Under the pieces are notes generated by a model. That model did no database searches, was not told where the DNA came from, and saw only the letters and a list, made by a program, of their open reading frames with translations. DNA of 64,000 nucleotides, from NCBI RefSeq assembly GCF_902713615.1, contig NC_052147.1, positions 16,941,865 through 17,005,864 of the forward strand, given 5' to 3'. Numbering within the stretch: position 1 is the first letter of the stretch; each line of letters begins with the position of its first letter. This document shows positions 1 to 13,161 of the stretch, piece after piece. The translations under genes were made by a program, and so were the position numbers. Source of the DNA: Scyliorhinus canicula. Its lineage: Eukaryota.

Positions 1-224
1 TATTTGAATTAATGGTTGCTAAGATGTTCACTGTATGTTTTAAAAAGGTTAACTTGAGTGCATATAGAATAAACATTGTTTTGCTTTAAAAATACTTTTC
101 CATTTCTGCTGTACCACTCCTGTAGAGTGGGCCGTGTGCTCCCCATACCACAATCTATTAAAAGTTGTGGGTCAGGTGAACTCCATGATACGCTTTGGGG
201 TTCTCTAAACCCTGGCCCATAACA
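1..224 (+). mobile_element. 3' part of an LTR (Gypsy-type), truncated by the window edge
   Basis: AATAAA at 68-73, ends ...CCCATAACA; reverse complement of the terminus of the solo LTR at 57476-58664. Confidence 0.7.
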
Positions 225-334
225 CTCTGAACTGGTAAAACTCCAGTCAAGGTTGAACCGTGTTCAATACAGGTTTATCATAACATCCTTAATTTTGCCC
301 AGGATCTGGTATACTTCATTAACTGTTCTACCTA

Positions 335-630
335 ATAATAATAATCTTTATTGTCAAAAGTAGGCTTACATTAAAACTGCAATGAAGTTACTGTGAAAAC
401 CCCTAGTCGCCACACTCCGGCACCTGTTTGGGTGCAGAGGGAGAATTCAGAATGTCCAATTCACCTTACAAGCACGTCTTTCGGGACTTGTGGAAGGAAA
501 CCGGAGCACCCGGAGGAAGCCCACGCAGTCACGGGGAGAACGTGCAGACTCCACAGGCAGTGACCCAAGCTGGGAATAGAACTTCGGACTCTGGAGCTGT
601 GAAGCAACAGTGCTACCCACTGTGCTCCCG
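335..630 (-). mobile_element. tRNA-derived V-SINE/HE1-related SINE
   Basis: V-domain-like core (GGAAACCGGAGCACCCGGAGGAA on +) and tRNA-like head. Confidence 0.7.
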
Positions 631-659
631 TGGTCAAGGTTCTTCTGCTCCGGGACTGA

Positions 660-1212
660 ACTCCCTTTAGAATTATAGTGTTCAATTCTGGTCGCCACAC
701 TACCAGGAAGTCATGGACGCTTTGGAGAGGATACAGAAGAGGTTTACCAGGATGTTGCCTGGTATGGAGGGCATTAGCTATGAGGAGAGATTGGATAAAC
801 TCGGTTTGTTCGATACAGGTTTATCATAACATCCAATGGAGGTTGAAGGGCGACCTGATAGAATTCTACAAGATTATGGGGGCATGGACAGTGGATAGTC
901 AGAAGCTTTTTCTCAGTGTGGAAGAGTCAATTACTAGGGGACATAGGTTTAAGGTGCAAGGGGCAAAGTTTAGAGGAGATGGTTTTTTTGTTCACAGAGA
1001 GTAGTGGGTGCCTGGAATCCGCTGCCAGGGGAAGTAGTGGAAGCAGGTTCGATAGTGACTTATAAGGGGCATCTTGACAAATACATGACTAGGATGGGAA
1101 TAGAGGGACACGGACCCTGGAAGTGCAGGTTTTAGGTTAGACGGGCAGCATGGTTGGCGCATGCTTGGAGGGCAGAAGGGCCTGTTCCTGTGCTGTATTT
1201 TTCTTTGTTCTA
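660..1212 (+). mobile_element. CR1-type LINE 3' fragment
   Basis: Degenerate CR1 ORF2 C-terminus (RLKGDLIEFYKIM...TRGHRFKV) and CR1-like 3' tail. Confidence 0.75.
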
Positions 1213-3317
1213 TTAATCCCGGGATACTTCAGGAACCTGGTGAATTTTCTGCACCTACCATTAATTCTGCTCCCTCAGTATTAAATCCTAAACATCACAA
1301 ACCCTTGGATTATGACAGCATTTCAATATTAAAAGAATCAATAGTTATGTTGAATCATTGGATAAGGATAAGTTATTCCAGCTCAGTATTCAACCTTGAT
1401 GCCTTGCTCATCTTATCATGTAAGTCAGGGGTGAATAAAGAAAAATTTGCATTCTGCTCAGCAGGCAAGGTTGGTTCAAAGTTAGAACAGAAAATGACAG
1501 AAATATTAAGCAGGTCAGGCAACATCTGATCAAGAGGGATTAACCTGAAATGTTAACTTTGTTTCTCTCTCCAAAGATGCTGCCAGACCCGCGCTGAGTT
1601 TTTGCAGCAGTTTCTGTTTGTATTATGAAAAGTGCAGTCACTCTGGACGGGACTTTCTGTCCCTCGCAGTGCTTTTGGCAGTGGATGCAGATCGCCATCT
1701 GCCGGTGGGAGTGATCGTCCGACCCCCCACAGTATCTATGGCGTTTTGTGTGGATCATCTATCCCGTCGCTGTGAACCCGCCTCGGGGGTTGCCTTCATT
1801 GTGACTGAAAAATCATGCTGACGGAAAGGGCCGGAAAATCCCACCCTAGGTCTTGTAGGTAGCAGTCACATTCATCCCAGATGGAACAAACAGCAATGAG
1901 ATAATGTCCAATTAATCGATTTTGGTTATGGGGCAAAAGATCAACCTTGGTTCAGACGAGAAGAACTCCCCTGCTCTCAAATATTATTCTACATCCACCT
2001 GAAGCACATTGGATCGTGTCTGAAAGTCAATATTATAGTGAAATACAATCATATGAAGAGATCCTGCAGGCTAAAAGAACCTGCATTATACAGTCCTAAA
2101 TTAGCAAATGTGATCGATTTATGATCACTCTGCCAACACGACTCGTTTCAGGATTAATTTGTGATGTCCCTTGGGGTAATAGAATATTAAAATTAATCTG
2201 ATCAACGGGTATTTACTAGATTCTCATGGAAACCATATGGATATGAAATAAATATCACAAATTCCAGGCTCCAACATATGCCCCTTACAATCTACTGATA
2301 TTAAATACATGTAACCCAAGGAAGGGTGTGTTTGCTCAGCTTGAACCATTAGGATGCAAAAGATAGCAGCAAATAATCAAATTTAAAAATTAACAACTAA
2401 GGATTCTGCAGGACCAAGAATTACTTCTGTTGCCCTTTAACACAATGTGGTCACTCCCGTTGCTTTATGTTTCACTATCAACACTGTTCGGAACATTCTG
2501 TTTTCTAGTAAACGGCAACATTTCAACTCTCAAAAAGGTAGAGTAACTGAAAAATGAAGACAAATCCAGGGACATATGGCCTTACAACTTACGTCACTGA
2601 AACAAATGATCTGTTTGTTATCTTGCTGTGTGCAGACTGGTTGCCGCATTCGCGACATCACAAGAGTGACCATACCTCAAAGAACACGTCATTAGTTATC
2701 AAGGCCTTTGGGACATCCTACGTTTGCGAAAGGCACTATAGCAAGTTTGTTCATTTCAAAAACTTTTAATTTTAATGCCATTTTGTTGGGAATGAAGATT
2801 ATGCAGCACAATAGTTTGCATCTTGAAACAAAATGTTTTGACGATAGAGTTTTGCTGATTTAATAAAGCAGTTAATTGTGTCGTAATAAACGAATAACCC
2901 AATTTAAATCACCCCTGTAATAATGAGGTTTATATGTCATACATCTGTGATGTCCACTTCAAAATACTCGTCAGCAATTGTCTAAGTTATTACAATCACA
3001 AAGGGCATCCATCTTATGGGAGTTCCATTTTTAAAATCATTCCTGAGATGTGAGCCGCTGGTAAAGCTCAGCATTTACTGCCCATCCCTAAGTGACCGCG
3101 AGGAGGTGGCCGCGCCGACCAATACTTTCATGGACATATGCCTCTGTGATGGGCAGATTGTCAATGATGAAGTCAAGTAGGTTTTCTTTCTTGTTGGTTC
3201 CCTTAACACCTGCTGTAATGCTATTCTGATAGCTATGGAAGGGCTCTGTCAGCAGTGATGCTATGGAGCCAGTCTGGTGATGGACACTCAAGTCCAAACC
3301 CAGAATCTAATATGCCC

Positions 3318-3492
3318 TGTAAGAAGTCTTACAACACCAGGTTAAAGTCAACATGTTTGTTTCAAACACTAGCTTTCGGAGCAGTGCTCCGAAAGCTAGT
3401 GTTTGAAACAAACATGTTGGACTTTAACCTGGTGTTGTAAGACTTCTTACTGTGCTCACCCCAGTCCAACGCTGGCATCTCCACATCATGGC
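3318..3492. mobile_element. Penelope-like terminal repeat arranged as a ~130-bp palindrome
   Basis: Inverted arms centred on GGAGCAGTGCTCC; same sequence flanks the GIY-YIG element at 25869-27183. Confidence 0.75.
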
Positions 3493-3809
3493 TAATACGT
3501 CCTGGCTACCTTCAGTGCTTCTTCAAAATGCTGTTCAGTATGGTGATTCATCAGTTGAGGCAAGGTGGTAGGTTTAAATCAACAGGAAAGTTTCCTTGCA
3601 CATTATTTATCTGATGCCATGAGACTTTATGGGTAGTCAATGCTGAGGTTCCCTCCGGAACTATATGGCACTGTGCCACCACCTCTGTTCGATACTGTCC
3701 GAACAATAGGACAGGACACATCCAGGGATGGTGGTAGAGTCGTCTGGGGCATGGACTGTATGATGAGCATGAGTAACCATGTCAGGCTGTTGTCTGTGAC
3801 GCAGCTTTC

Positions 3810-4040
3810 CTTTTTTAAAAATAAATTTAGAGTAACCAATTTTTTTTTTCCCAATTAAGGGGCAATTTAGTGTGGCCAATTCACCTAACCTGCACATCTT
3901 TGGGTTGTGGGGGTGAAATCCACGCAGACATGGGGAGAATGTGAAAACTCCACACGGACAGTGACCCAGGGCCGGGATTTGAACCCGACCGAGGACCCAG
4001 GGTCCTCGGCGCCGCAGTCCCAGTACTAACCACTGCCACA
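3810..4040 (-). mobile_element. HE1/V-SINE-related SINE (short variant)
   Basis: GGGCAATTTAGTGTGGCCAATTCACCTAACCTGCACATC block shared with the other copies. Confidence 0.7.
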
Positions 4041-4328
4041 TCCGACACCTGTCAGACAGCTTTCCTAATGTTGGCACAAATTCACAGATGTTCAGGAGAA
4101 GAATTTTGCTGGGTTGACTTGTTCGTGATGCCTACATCAATGGTAGATGGTCTGTCTGGTGTTATTCTTGCTTAATCTTTCTGTACTGGTTTTGAAACAG
4201 GTAGGTCCCATTTTAGAGGACAGTTAAGAGTCAACCACATAGTTGTGGATCTGGAGTAACATGTAGGCCAGACCTGACAGCAGGTTTCAGACATTTCAAA
4301 GAACTTTACAGGCATTGAAGAGCTGTTT

Positions 4329-4675
4329 CATAGAATTTACAGTTCAGAAGGAGGCCATTCGGCCCATCGAGGCTGCACCGGCTCTTGGAAAGAGCACCCT
4401 ACCCAAGGTCAACACCTCCACCCCATCCCCATAACCCAGCAACCCCACCCAACACGAAGGGCAATTTTGAACACTAAAGGCAATTTATCATGGCCAATCC
4501 ACCTAACCTGCACATCTTTGGACTGTGGGAGGAAACCGGAGCACCCGGAGGAAACTCACGCACACACGGGGAGGATGTGCAGACGCCGCACAGACAGCGA
4601 CCCAAGCCAGAATCGAACCTGGGACCCTGGAGCTGTGAAGCGATTGTGCTATCCACAATGCTACCGTGCTGCCCT
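4329..4675 (-). mobile_element. HE1/V-SINE full-length copy
   Basis: Head GGGCAGCACGGTAGC, V-core and CR1-like tail. Confidence 0.8.
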
Positions 4676-5135
4676 GTTGTAATGAAGGAAACAAAAAAAA
4701 GCCTCTTGATTCCACTAGCCTTTGTCCTCCACTTAAAATCAATATCATCTGGTATTTCTTAGAGCTTTTCTTTCTTCGTCCTCTAAATAAGCTACCCTGT
4801 GCAGTTTTTTTCTGCTATCTAATTTGAGTGTTGAAAGCTAGACTCTCCTTTCAAGGTCTCTTTTTAAAAATTATTCCTTGGGTACGTGCAACATTGGCAA
4901 GTTAGAACTTAGCGTTCACCCCCATGTCATGAGAAACTGCAGTGACATTTAAGCCAGTTTGGCCACGAACAGGACATTAATGATTTCTGGACGATCTGGC
5001 AGCTTTCATGGTCATTTCTGATGCTACACCACAAACAGGGTTTACTCAATTCCATTTCTCAACTTGCTAACATGGTGAGATTTGAAGTCATGCTTTCTGT
5101 ATTATAATTGCTGGGCAACAGTAAGCATTACCCTA

Positions 5136-5312
5136 GGGGCTGGTTTAGCACAGTGGGCTAATTAGCTGGCTTGTAAAGCAGAACAAGGTCAGCAGCACGG
5201 GTTCAATTCCCGTACCAGCCTCCCCGAATAGGCGCCGGAATGTGGCGACTAGTGGCGTTTCACAGTAACTTAATTTGAAGCCTACTTGTGACAATAAGCG
5301 ATTTTCATTTCT
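5136..5312 (+). mobile_element. Short tRNA-derived SINE (second family; also ~23345-23525 + and ~9830-9940 -)
   Basis: A/B-box-like head (GGTTCAATTCC) and shared tail CACAGTAACTT...GACAATAAGCG; no complete cloverleaf. Confidence 0.7.
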
Positions 5313-7055
5313 AACTCAATTTTCAGAGCTCAAAGCAGCAAAACTTTATCTTCCTGTCACCTCACAATGTTAAAAGGATTTTAAAATGCAAGTTTCACAT
5401 TGGTTAGTCATCGTCTCTTAATTTACATGCCCTTGCTTCAATATTTTTTATCTTTGGTTATGTCCTGCCCTTTACCTCAGTTTTGCTGATAGAAAGAGAA
5501 GTGCTGACTAATCAGAAGTGGCAGAAATACTGATGTTTCAAACCCATAACCTTTCACTCAATAAAAATGCACTCAAGTACAAATTCCTGATTAGCAGGTT
5601 CACAGTGCAATGTCCGACAGATTTTTAAACTGAGTGTTAAGTTTTTAAAATTTCTGCACAATTGAGCAGCATAAAAAAGCAATACAGCAACCAGTAAAGA
5701 CAGAATTGAGCGCAAGTGCAAATAAGAATGGGGTTTCCATATTCTCCCAACCCCACAGAGCATAACAACACCCTTAAGCTGCAGTGTGGTTTCACGTCCC
5801 ACTTTACAATGTTAAAGGCTATGGGCTCGTGTACAGACCTCTATTGGAGTATAACTGGTGTGTTATCAAATCTGCTTTAAACAGTGTTCAAATTGCCCTT
5901 TGGCTCTCCTGACAACTTAACTGGAGTTAATTTAAATGTTTACTGCGTGCAAGAATAGAAGTAAGAAAGAATTCAAGTGGAGAGCTTTCTCAGTCAGAAA
6001 TCCCGCTTATATCTTGCAGCTTGGTTGGAACAATAATTATAATATAAATGTACCAAAAAAGAGCCGTTTTAATTTTGAAGTGAATACTTGGAGCTTTCAA
6101 AATATTTCAGTCTTTTTCACTGTCTGGATATGCTGTATAGCGATATGTAAAGAATCAAATACAAACCTTCAGCAAATGCAACATCGAGCAACTGCAGTAA
6201 AAGTTCACATCCATGTTGTGCGTTGAAGGTCGAGTGATAAAACAAGGTCAAATCAAAGGGTATAAAAATGATCAATTCAATTATGTCACTGTCAAGGACA
6301 TTTTTCAATTTCAGTGGCGACAATTTAGAATATCAAAGAACCCAACATATGTCATTTCTTTAGTCCCGATACATTTTGTGGCTTCCTATGCCAGTTGGTA
6401 CAGGTAGACCGTGGCACTTTTCTGCCAATATCAATTTGCTCTCAGATTTATATATTTACATTTAGTGAACTTATAATGCTAAATCATTTTTAAAAAATGA
6501 CAAGAGACCTCAGCTCAAGACCCCCAAACTTATTAAAATGTATTATTCATAATCATGCAATCATATCATGTATGAGAAATTACACTTATGCCATATACAT
6601 AATTCCTAACACTTCCCACAAAGTTTTTTTGAAATAAGACCAAACTATTATCAAAGTTGCAGCAAGTAGGCACAATCAATGGTGACAACTGTGGGCAGAC
6701 TAGACTAATCACACCAAGAGTTTAATGAAGTTTGCATGCCATTGGCTATACTGCAACACTGTGTCTAATCCACAATACAATGCCGATTGACTTCAAATTA
6801 GATAAACAGTTGCTCTCACACAGTGTGCTCAAATAAAACAAAGGTTCCTTGTGTGTTTGATAACAGGTGCATATAAAATGGGATCTGAAATCCTGGCTTG
6901 CTTCTCTTTTGCCAATGATAATAGCCTATTGAAAACTATAATGATGAATGGCATAAAAAATAAATTATATTTTTGTGACAAAAAACATTCACCCAGGACA
7001 TTATGTAAATGGTGAATATCACAATTGTGCTGAGGCACCTCAACAGTGCAACTTA

Positions 7056-7360
7056 TCATAGAATTCACAGTGCAGAAGGAGGCCATTCGGCCTGTCGAGT
7101 CTGCACCGGTCCTTGGAAAGTGCACCCTACTTAACCCCACACTTCCACTATATCCCTATAACCCTATCGAACGTTTTGGACATTAAGGGGCAATTTAATG
7201 GTCAATCCACCTAACCTGCACATCTTTGGACTGTGGGAGGAAACCGGAGCACCTGGAGGAAACCTGCACAGACATGGGGAGAATGTGCAAACTCCACAGT
7301 CACCAGAGGCCAGAATTGAACCCAGGAATTGAGAGAGCAGTGCTAACCACTGTGCCACCT
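7056..7360 (-). mobile_element. HE1/V-SINE copy
   Basis: V-core and CR1-like tail. Confidence 0.75.
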
Positions 7361-7785
7361 TCACCTATGTCGCCAACATAAATTTCACTGCACTTGTCGT
7401 AATAACCGTCCTGAAATGTCTGTAATGTTCCTTTGACTGCATTGAAGCAATTAGAGTGTGATCCATGTAGATGAGTTGAACAACATTGCACTTTCTGTGA
7501 TGGCCATTTGAAATGTTTGTGACGGTATTTTACAAATAATGTATATTTTGCAATCAATAAAGAATACAAAAAAAAGCAGAAAAAGATGTGGAGAAGTTTC
7601 AATTAGGTTAAGTTGCCTTTGGACTTCTATCACCCAGGAAAAATATTCCAAATTCCAGAAAATTATAGTTGTCTCAACTTGAAGCCTGTTTCCAATGACA
7701 GCCTTCATCCAAAAGAATGCCAATGTATTTTTCCAGTTACTATAGGGCCTGATGCATAATATAGGGGGTAGACAGGTGGATAAGA

Positions 7786-8115
7786 GGGGCAGCACGGTAG
7801 CACAGTGGTTAGCATAGTTGCTTCACAGCTCCTCGGTCCCAGGTTCAATTCCCGGATCAGGTCATTGTCTGTGCGGAGTCTGCACATTCTCCCTGTGTGC
7901 GCGTGGGTTTCCTCTGGGTGCTCCAGTTTCCTCCCACAGTCCAAAGATGTGCAGGTTAGGTGGATCAGCCATGGTAAATTGCCTATAGTGGCAAAAAAGG
8001 TTAGGTGGGGTTATAGGGATAGAGTGGAAGTGTGTGGTTAAGTAGGGTGCTCTTTCCAATGGCTGGCACAGACTCGATGGGCCAAATCGTCTCCTTCTGC
8101 ATTGTAAATACTGAG
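7786..8115 (+). mobile_element. HE1/V-SINE copy
   Basis: GGGGCAGCACGGTAGC head, V-core, tail. Confidence 0.8.
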
Positions 8116-8196
8116 TCCTTTGCTAACATGGCCACCCGTTTGCACCTAGGTCGCCATAAAGGACAAATAACTGACTCTTCAGTTACATTTGCTCAC

Positions 8197-8261
8197 CTCC
8201 TCCAGCAAAGCCGAACCGCAGCTGACAAGAGGCCTTTCCTCAGCGGCCCGGTTGCTATCAT
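8197..8261 (-). CDS. First coding exon of a divergently transcribed gene, probably ISCA2 (mitochondrial presequence); later exons not found in window
   Basis: AAGATG start, MIATGPLRKGLLSAAVRLCWR (Arg/Leu/Ala-rich, no acidic residues), GAG|GTGAGC phase-2 donor; ISCA2 is the head-to-head neighbour of NPC2 in human. Identity rests on synteny only. Confidence 0.5.
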
Positions 8262-8279
8262 CTTCCCCTCCCCCACTCC

Positions 8280-9084
8280 TCCAGGTTACCAGGACACCCG
8301 GGCCCCAAAAACAAACGGCGGCGGCGGCGGCGGCGGCGACGACGGCTCAAGCAAGGTTCCGCCCCCCTCCTCCTCCTCCTCCTCTCCCCTCGCCTTCCCA
8401 TTGGTCCGGCTGCAGGCCTGCCTCCTCGGAACAGCGGTTTCTATTGGAGGCTGAACCCGCCCGTCATAACCGCAGCGTCCACCCCGCCTCTTCGACGCGC
8501 GTCTATTGGCGGAGGAAGACACGACGTCACGGGGCGCAGGGCGAGAGCCGATTGGGTTACGGTGGAGTGTGCGGCAATCTGGTTGGGCTGCCCACCTGTC
8601 AATCACAACTGCCGGCGTGTGTGCGCATGCGAGCTGTCCGGGCACGTCTAGACGCCGCGCACCTTCGGAGAGGGGAAAAAATAGCGTTTAAATTTAGGGA
8701 GCGTGTTTTTAACGTTATTGATTACAGTGTATAAACGCTAACTGTGTGAATACTCGTGTCAATCTTCGGTAACCGGGGATTTTGAGGCCGTTGCGAGGCG
8801 CACCTCCGTTGCCGGTTGGTGTGGTACAAAATGGCGACGGTTGCCTCCGCGCTCAGGCCCTTAGCCAGCCTCCCGTCCAAGGGCCCTCCCTCTCGCAGTG
8901 GATGGGTGGGGTTTAATGAGTCCCACCCCCCGGGCGGGAGGGGTTTAATGAGTCCCACCCCCCGGGCGGGAGGGGGCTGGCATGTTGTGAGCTGGGGCAC
9001 CAGCTCCTTTAAAGCGGCCGGTGCCCTGCTGCTCATACCTTGCCCCCTCCCTCCCCTTGTTACTTTGTTCTCGCTCAGGAGAGG
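8280..9084. promoter_or_regulatory. CpG-island bidirectional promoter
   Basis: High CpG; four ATTGG (CCAAT) boxes ~8400-8555, GC boxes, NRF1-like TGCGCATGCG ~8622, YY1-like AAAATGGCG ~8828, CTGTCAATCA ~8596; start codons diverge on both sides. Confidence 0.75.
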
Positions 9085-12000
9085 ATGGAGACCGTGTACC
9101 GGCTATTGGCGGCTCTCCTGGCTCTGGGGGCTCTGTGCGAGGCTGAGCCCGTGAAGTTTCGGGACTGTGGTGAGTGATGCGATCAAAAGTATATATGTAT
9201 TTTTTTAAATTGTCTCATAATATCATTCATATATTCGAACTAACCCTCCTCAAGTCTGCTGGAAACAGTTTGAACTTCATTTGACAGTCGGGACGCCCGG
9301 GAGCGAAAGTACCATGCTGAGTCAAGGCTGCATTAGTTATCATTTTTATCACCGATTTAACCCTAGGCGGACTGCAGAGTAACTGGAGTACGTGCCTACA
9401 TATTCCTGAAGGTAACGGGACTGGTGGTCAAAAGGCAGCTGGAGGCATTTTCCTTTTTTTTGGTTGAGAGTTTCAAGAGCAAAGTGGTTATGCTTAGACC
9501 CTATTGTAGGAACGATGCGTTTGCACTAGAAGAAACTTAGGAAGTTGTTGCCAGGAATTATCATTTTAGCTCTGAGAAAAGATTTAGACAGTCTGGATTT
9601 ATTTTCTTTGGAACAGAGGCAGCTGAGGGGAGTTTTAATTGATAATAGCAAATTACTGCAGATGCTGGTATCTGGAACAAAAACAAAATGCTAGACAATC
9701 TCAGCAGGTCTGACAGCATCTCCAGAGAGAGATTGGAGCTAACTTTGGTGACTGTCAAAACTCTGATGAACTGGAAATAGGGTCACATTTGTACTGTTCT
9801 GAGGAGGGCCAACAATAGGTGAATATTGAAATGAAAACTGAAAAGCGCTTATTGTAACAAGTATGCTTCAATGAAGTTACTGTGAAAAGCCCCGAGTTGC
9901 CATATTCCATCGCCTGTTCGGGGAGGCTGGTATGGGAAGGATTGACAAGGATTTCATGGTCAGAAAGACCAAAAAATGCAAATAGCTGTGATTAAGGCTA
10001 ACAAGGGTGCTGGTAATGGCACATAAAGAGATTAGAATGTGTTCATGACAATAAAGGTAAGCAGTGTGTCAGAGGGCAGCTAGGAGCGGGTGGGACAGAC
10101 AGTGGTGAGAGAAAAATAGATTGATGAAAGAAATGAAAATAAATTAATAGAAATAAAAATGGGGTGAAAGTAGAGGAGCAAGTTCATAGTCTGACGTTAT
10201 AGAACTTCAAGTCCGGAACAGTAAGAAGTCTTACAACACCAGGTTAAAGTCCAACAGGTTTGCTTTGAATCACTAGCTTTCGGAGCACAGCTCCTTCATC
10301 AGGTGATTCCGGAGGATGTAAAGGACCTAATCGGAAGATGAAGCGCTGTTCCTCCAGTTTACACTGTGTCTTTACTGGAACATTGCAGCAGGCCAAGGAC
10401 GGACATGAGAGCAGAGCAGTGAGCTGAAATGGCAAACGACAGGAAGGTCTGCATTTAGTCGATCCAATGTAGAGTAGGCTGCATCAGGAGCAGTAAATAT
10501 AGAAACCATACATAGAGATTGGAAGCAGGAGGAGGCCATTTGGCCCTTCAATGCAATAGACCAGATAGAAGGTGATGCCCTTGAAGCACTGTGTCTCTTG
10601 CAAACTCCACATAGACAGGCACCCAAGGCCGGAATTGAGCCTGGATCCCTGACACTGTGAGACAACACTGCTGCCTCTGCGGTTTAAAAGGGAGGTTTTT
10701 TTTTTGCCATGTAGGATTGCCTGAAAGGGTGGTAAAGGCAGAAGCCCTCGTAGGATTTTTTTATTTTTTGCATGTTATCACCTGCAAAGTTACAGGATAA
10801 GGTGGAATTTGTTCCTGAAATTAAAGTCAGCTTTTGAAAGAGTGCATGTATTTGAAGGTAGAATGTTAACAGATTTTTTTTTTTTGAATGGTGGCTTCCT
10901 GTGCTCAGTGTTAATACAAATAAAAAGTCAACATTGCTCATAGAAATACTTGAGCTCAAAAGTTCTGACTGCCAATCGGGCTTTTTTTATTAAGTACTGT
11001 TGAAGAAATTGCAAACTCTCCTTGTTTCAAACAACTTTGAATACAGCTGTGCTTGTAGTGCTTCTGTTACTACTGTTATATTTTGAACTTTAGTTCCTGC
11101 ATTACAGCCTTCTAACTGTTGCACACTTGGATCCTGGTTACTTTCTTTACACACTGCATGTTGACTTTATGCATAAAAATTTCAAACCCCCAAAAAAAGT
11201 TCCCCCGCCTGGCCTTTCCATAGGACCTGTGGAATCTGTCATTTTGTTTTGAGGCTTATGTTATTGACTCCTGGTACTAGAGAGCTTACAATAATAGATG
11301 CACACGTGTGCAAATGCTGAACTGTCCTGATTCTGAACAGTTTGTGGTTAAAGTCACTGCATTATCAATCTTTAGCTGTACATTTTCCCTTTGAATTAGC
11401 AGAAATCTGATCAAAATATGTGCAATTACTTTCTTCCCATCCTTGCTTATTTCCCTTTTTATAAAGTTAATAAAAAATTTACATCCAGACAAAAAGAATT
11501 GCCAGTTATCAGGTGGCCCTTGAATGCTGGGGCTTTCAAAATTTGTATTTTTTCAATGTATTTTATTCCTAACATATTAATAAAAACACCAGAACGCAGA
11601 TAATCTGAGGAACACTCCCCAACTCAGGTTTCCCCCCCCAAACCTCTGCTGAACCTCAATTCAAACTTCCCCTAGCCAGGCTGCCATCCATGGCGGCGTA
11701 GGCGACAACCATTTCAGCAAAATTCTTCGCCAGGCAATGACGTCGGCCTTCCTCCCCTCCATCAGCTCTGTAAGCAGTCTTACATCATCAGGTTAAAGTC
11801 CAACAGGTTTGTTTCAAACACAAGCTTTCGGAGTGCAGCTCCTTCCTCAGGTGAAGAAGGAAGGAGCTGCGCTCCGAAAGCTCGTGTTTGAAACAAACCT
11901 GTTGGACTTTAACCTGGTGTTGTAAGGCTTCTTACTGTGCTCACCCCAGTCCAACACTGGCATCTCCACATCATGGCTTCCATCAGCTCTGGCATTTACG

Positions 12001-13128
12001 ATATCCCAAAAATCGCCACCATCAGGTCTGGCTCAACCTCCACAATCTTTGCTAGCATCTAGTACACTGCTGCCCAGTATGTCTCTAACTTCTCACAGCC
12101 CAAGAACATAATGCTGTGGTTTGCTGGTCCTCGCCAAGTCATGTGAACCCTGTGTACCACCTTAAGCTGTATCAAACTCGCCTTTGCATACGAGGAGATT
12201 GAATTCACCCTACGCAGTGCCACTCCACACTCCCCAACATAACTCCTCTCTTTCCCCCCCCCCCCTCCCATTTCCCCAAGATCTTCACCATTTACATATT
12301 CCCCTGCTCTTCCAGCCACCCATTTATGTCCCCAAACCTACCCTCCCTTTCCATGTCTAGAAGCAGCATCCTTTCCAAAAGGGCATATTTTGGAGCCTGG
12401 GAAACCTGTTCCACATCTTCTGTGCAAAGTCCCTTACTTGTAAATACTTAAATTCACTTCCCTTTGGGAGCTCTATCCTCTCCCACAGCTCCTCGAGGCT
12501 TGAGAACTTCTCTTCCAAATACAAATCCCTCGCCCTCACCAGCCCCACCTCTCTCCACCTCCTGTAAATACCATCCGTCACCCCTGGCTTAAAGCTGTGT
12601 TAACACCAACAGCTCCCGCCATCCTAAAATGTCGTCTCAGGTGGTTCCACACCTTTACCATCAGGTGGTTCCTGTACAACCAAGCTCTCAGTATACCTCC
12701 TCAGTGGCAGCGGTAGCTCTGCCTTCACCATGGCCCTCAGGCTGGACCCCTTACAAGACTCTACCTCCATTCTAACCCCTCTCCTTCCCACCACCCGCCT
12801 CACTTTCTCCACATTCACTGCCAATAGTAGTGCAGCAGGTTTGGCAACCCCCCCCCCCCCCCCCCATCTGCCTCTGCAGCACGGCCCTCTTCACCCGTGG
12901 CACCTTCCCTGCCCATATGAACTCTGAAATGACTATGTCCAACTTCCAAAAAATCAAAGCCTTTGGAATAAAAATTGGGAGCATCTGGAATATAAATGGA
13001 ACCTTGGCAGGTTATTCATTTTCACCACTTAAACCCTCCCTGTCAGTGTCAGGTGCAGTGTATCCCACCTCCTAAAGTCTTTCTTTATCTCCTCCACCAA
13101 ATCTGTTTAAGTTCCACCTATGCAATGT

Positions 13129-13161
<33 letters not shown>

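Noticed and set aside
5136-5225. tRNA gene
   Set aside because: A/B boxes only; continues into a repeated SINE body and does not form a full cloverleaf
2465-5530. Candidate ISCA2 exon 2 at minus-strand acceptors ~2546 and ~5550
   Set aside because: Both run into stops in the required phase and lack ISCA2 motifs
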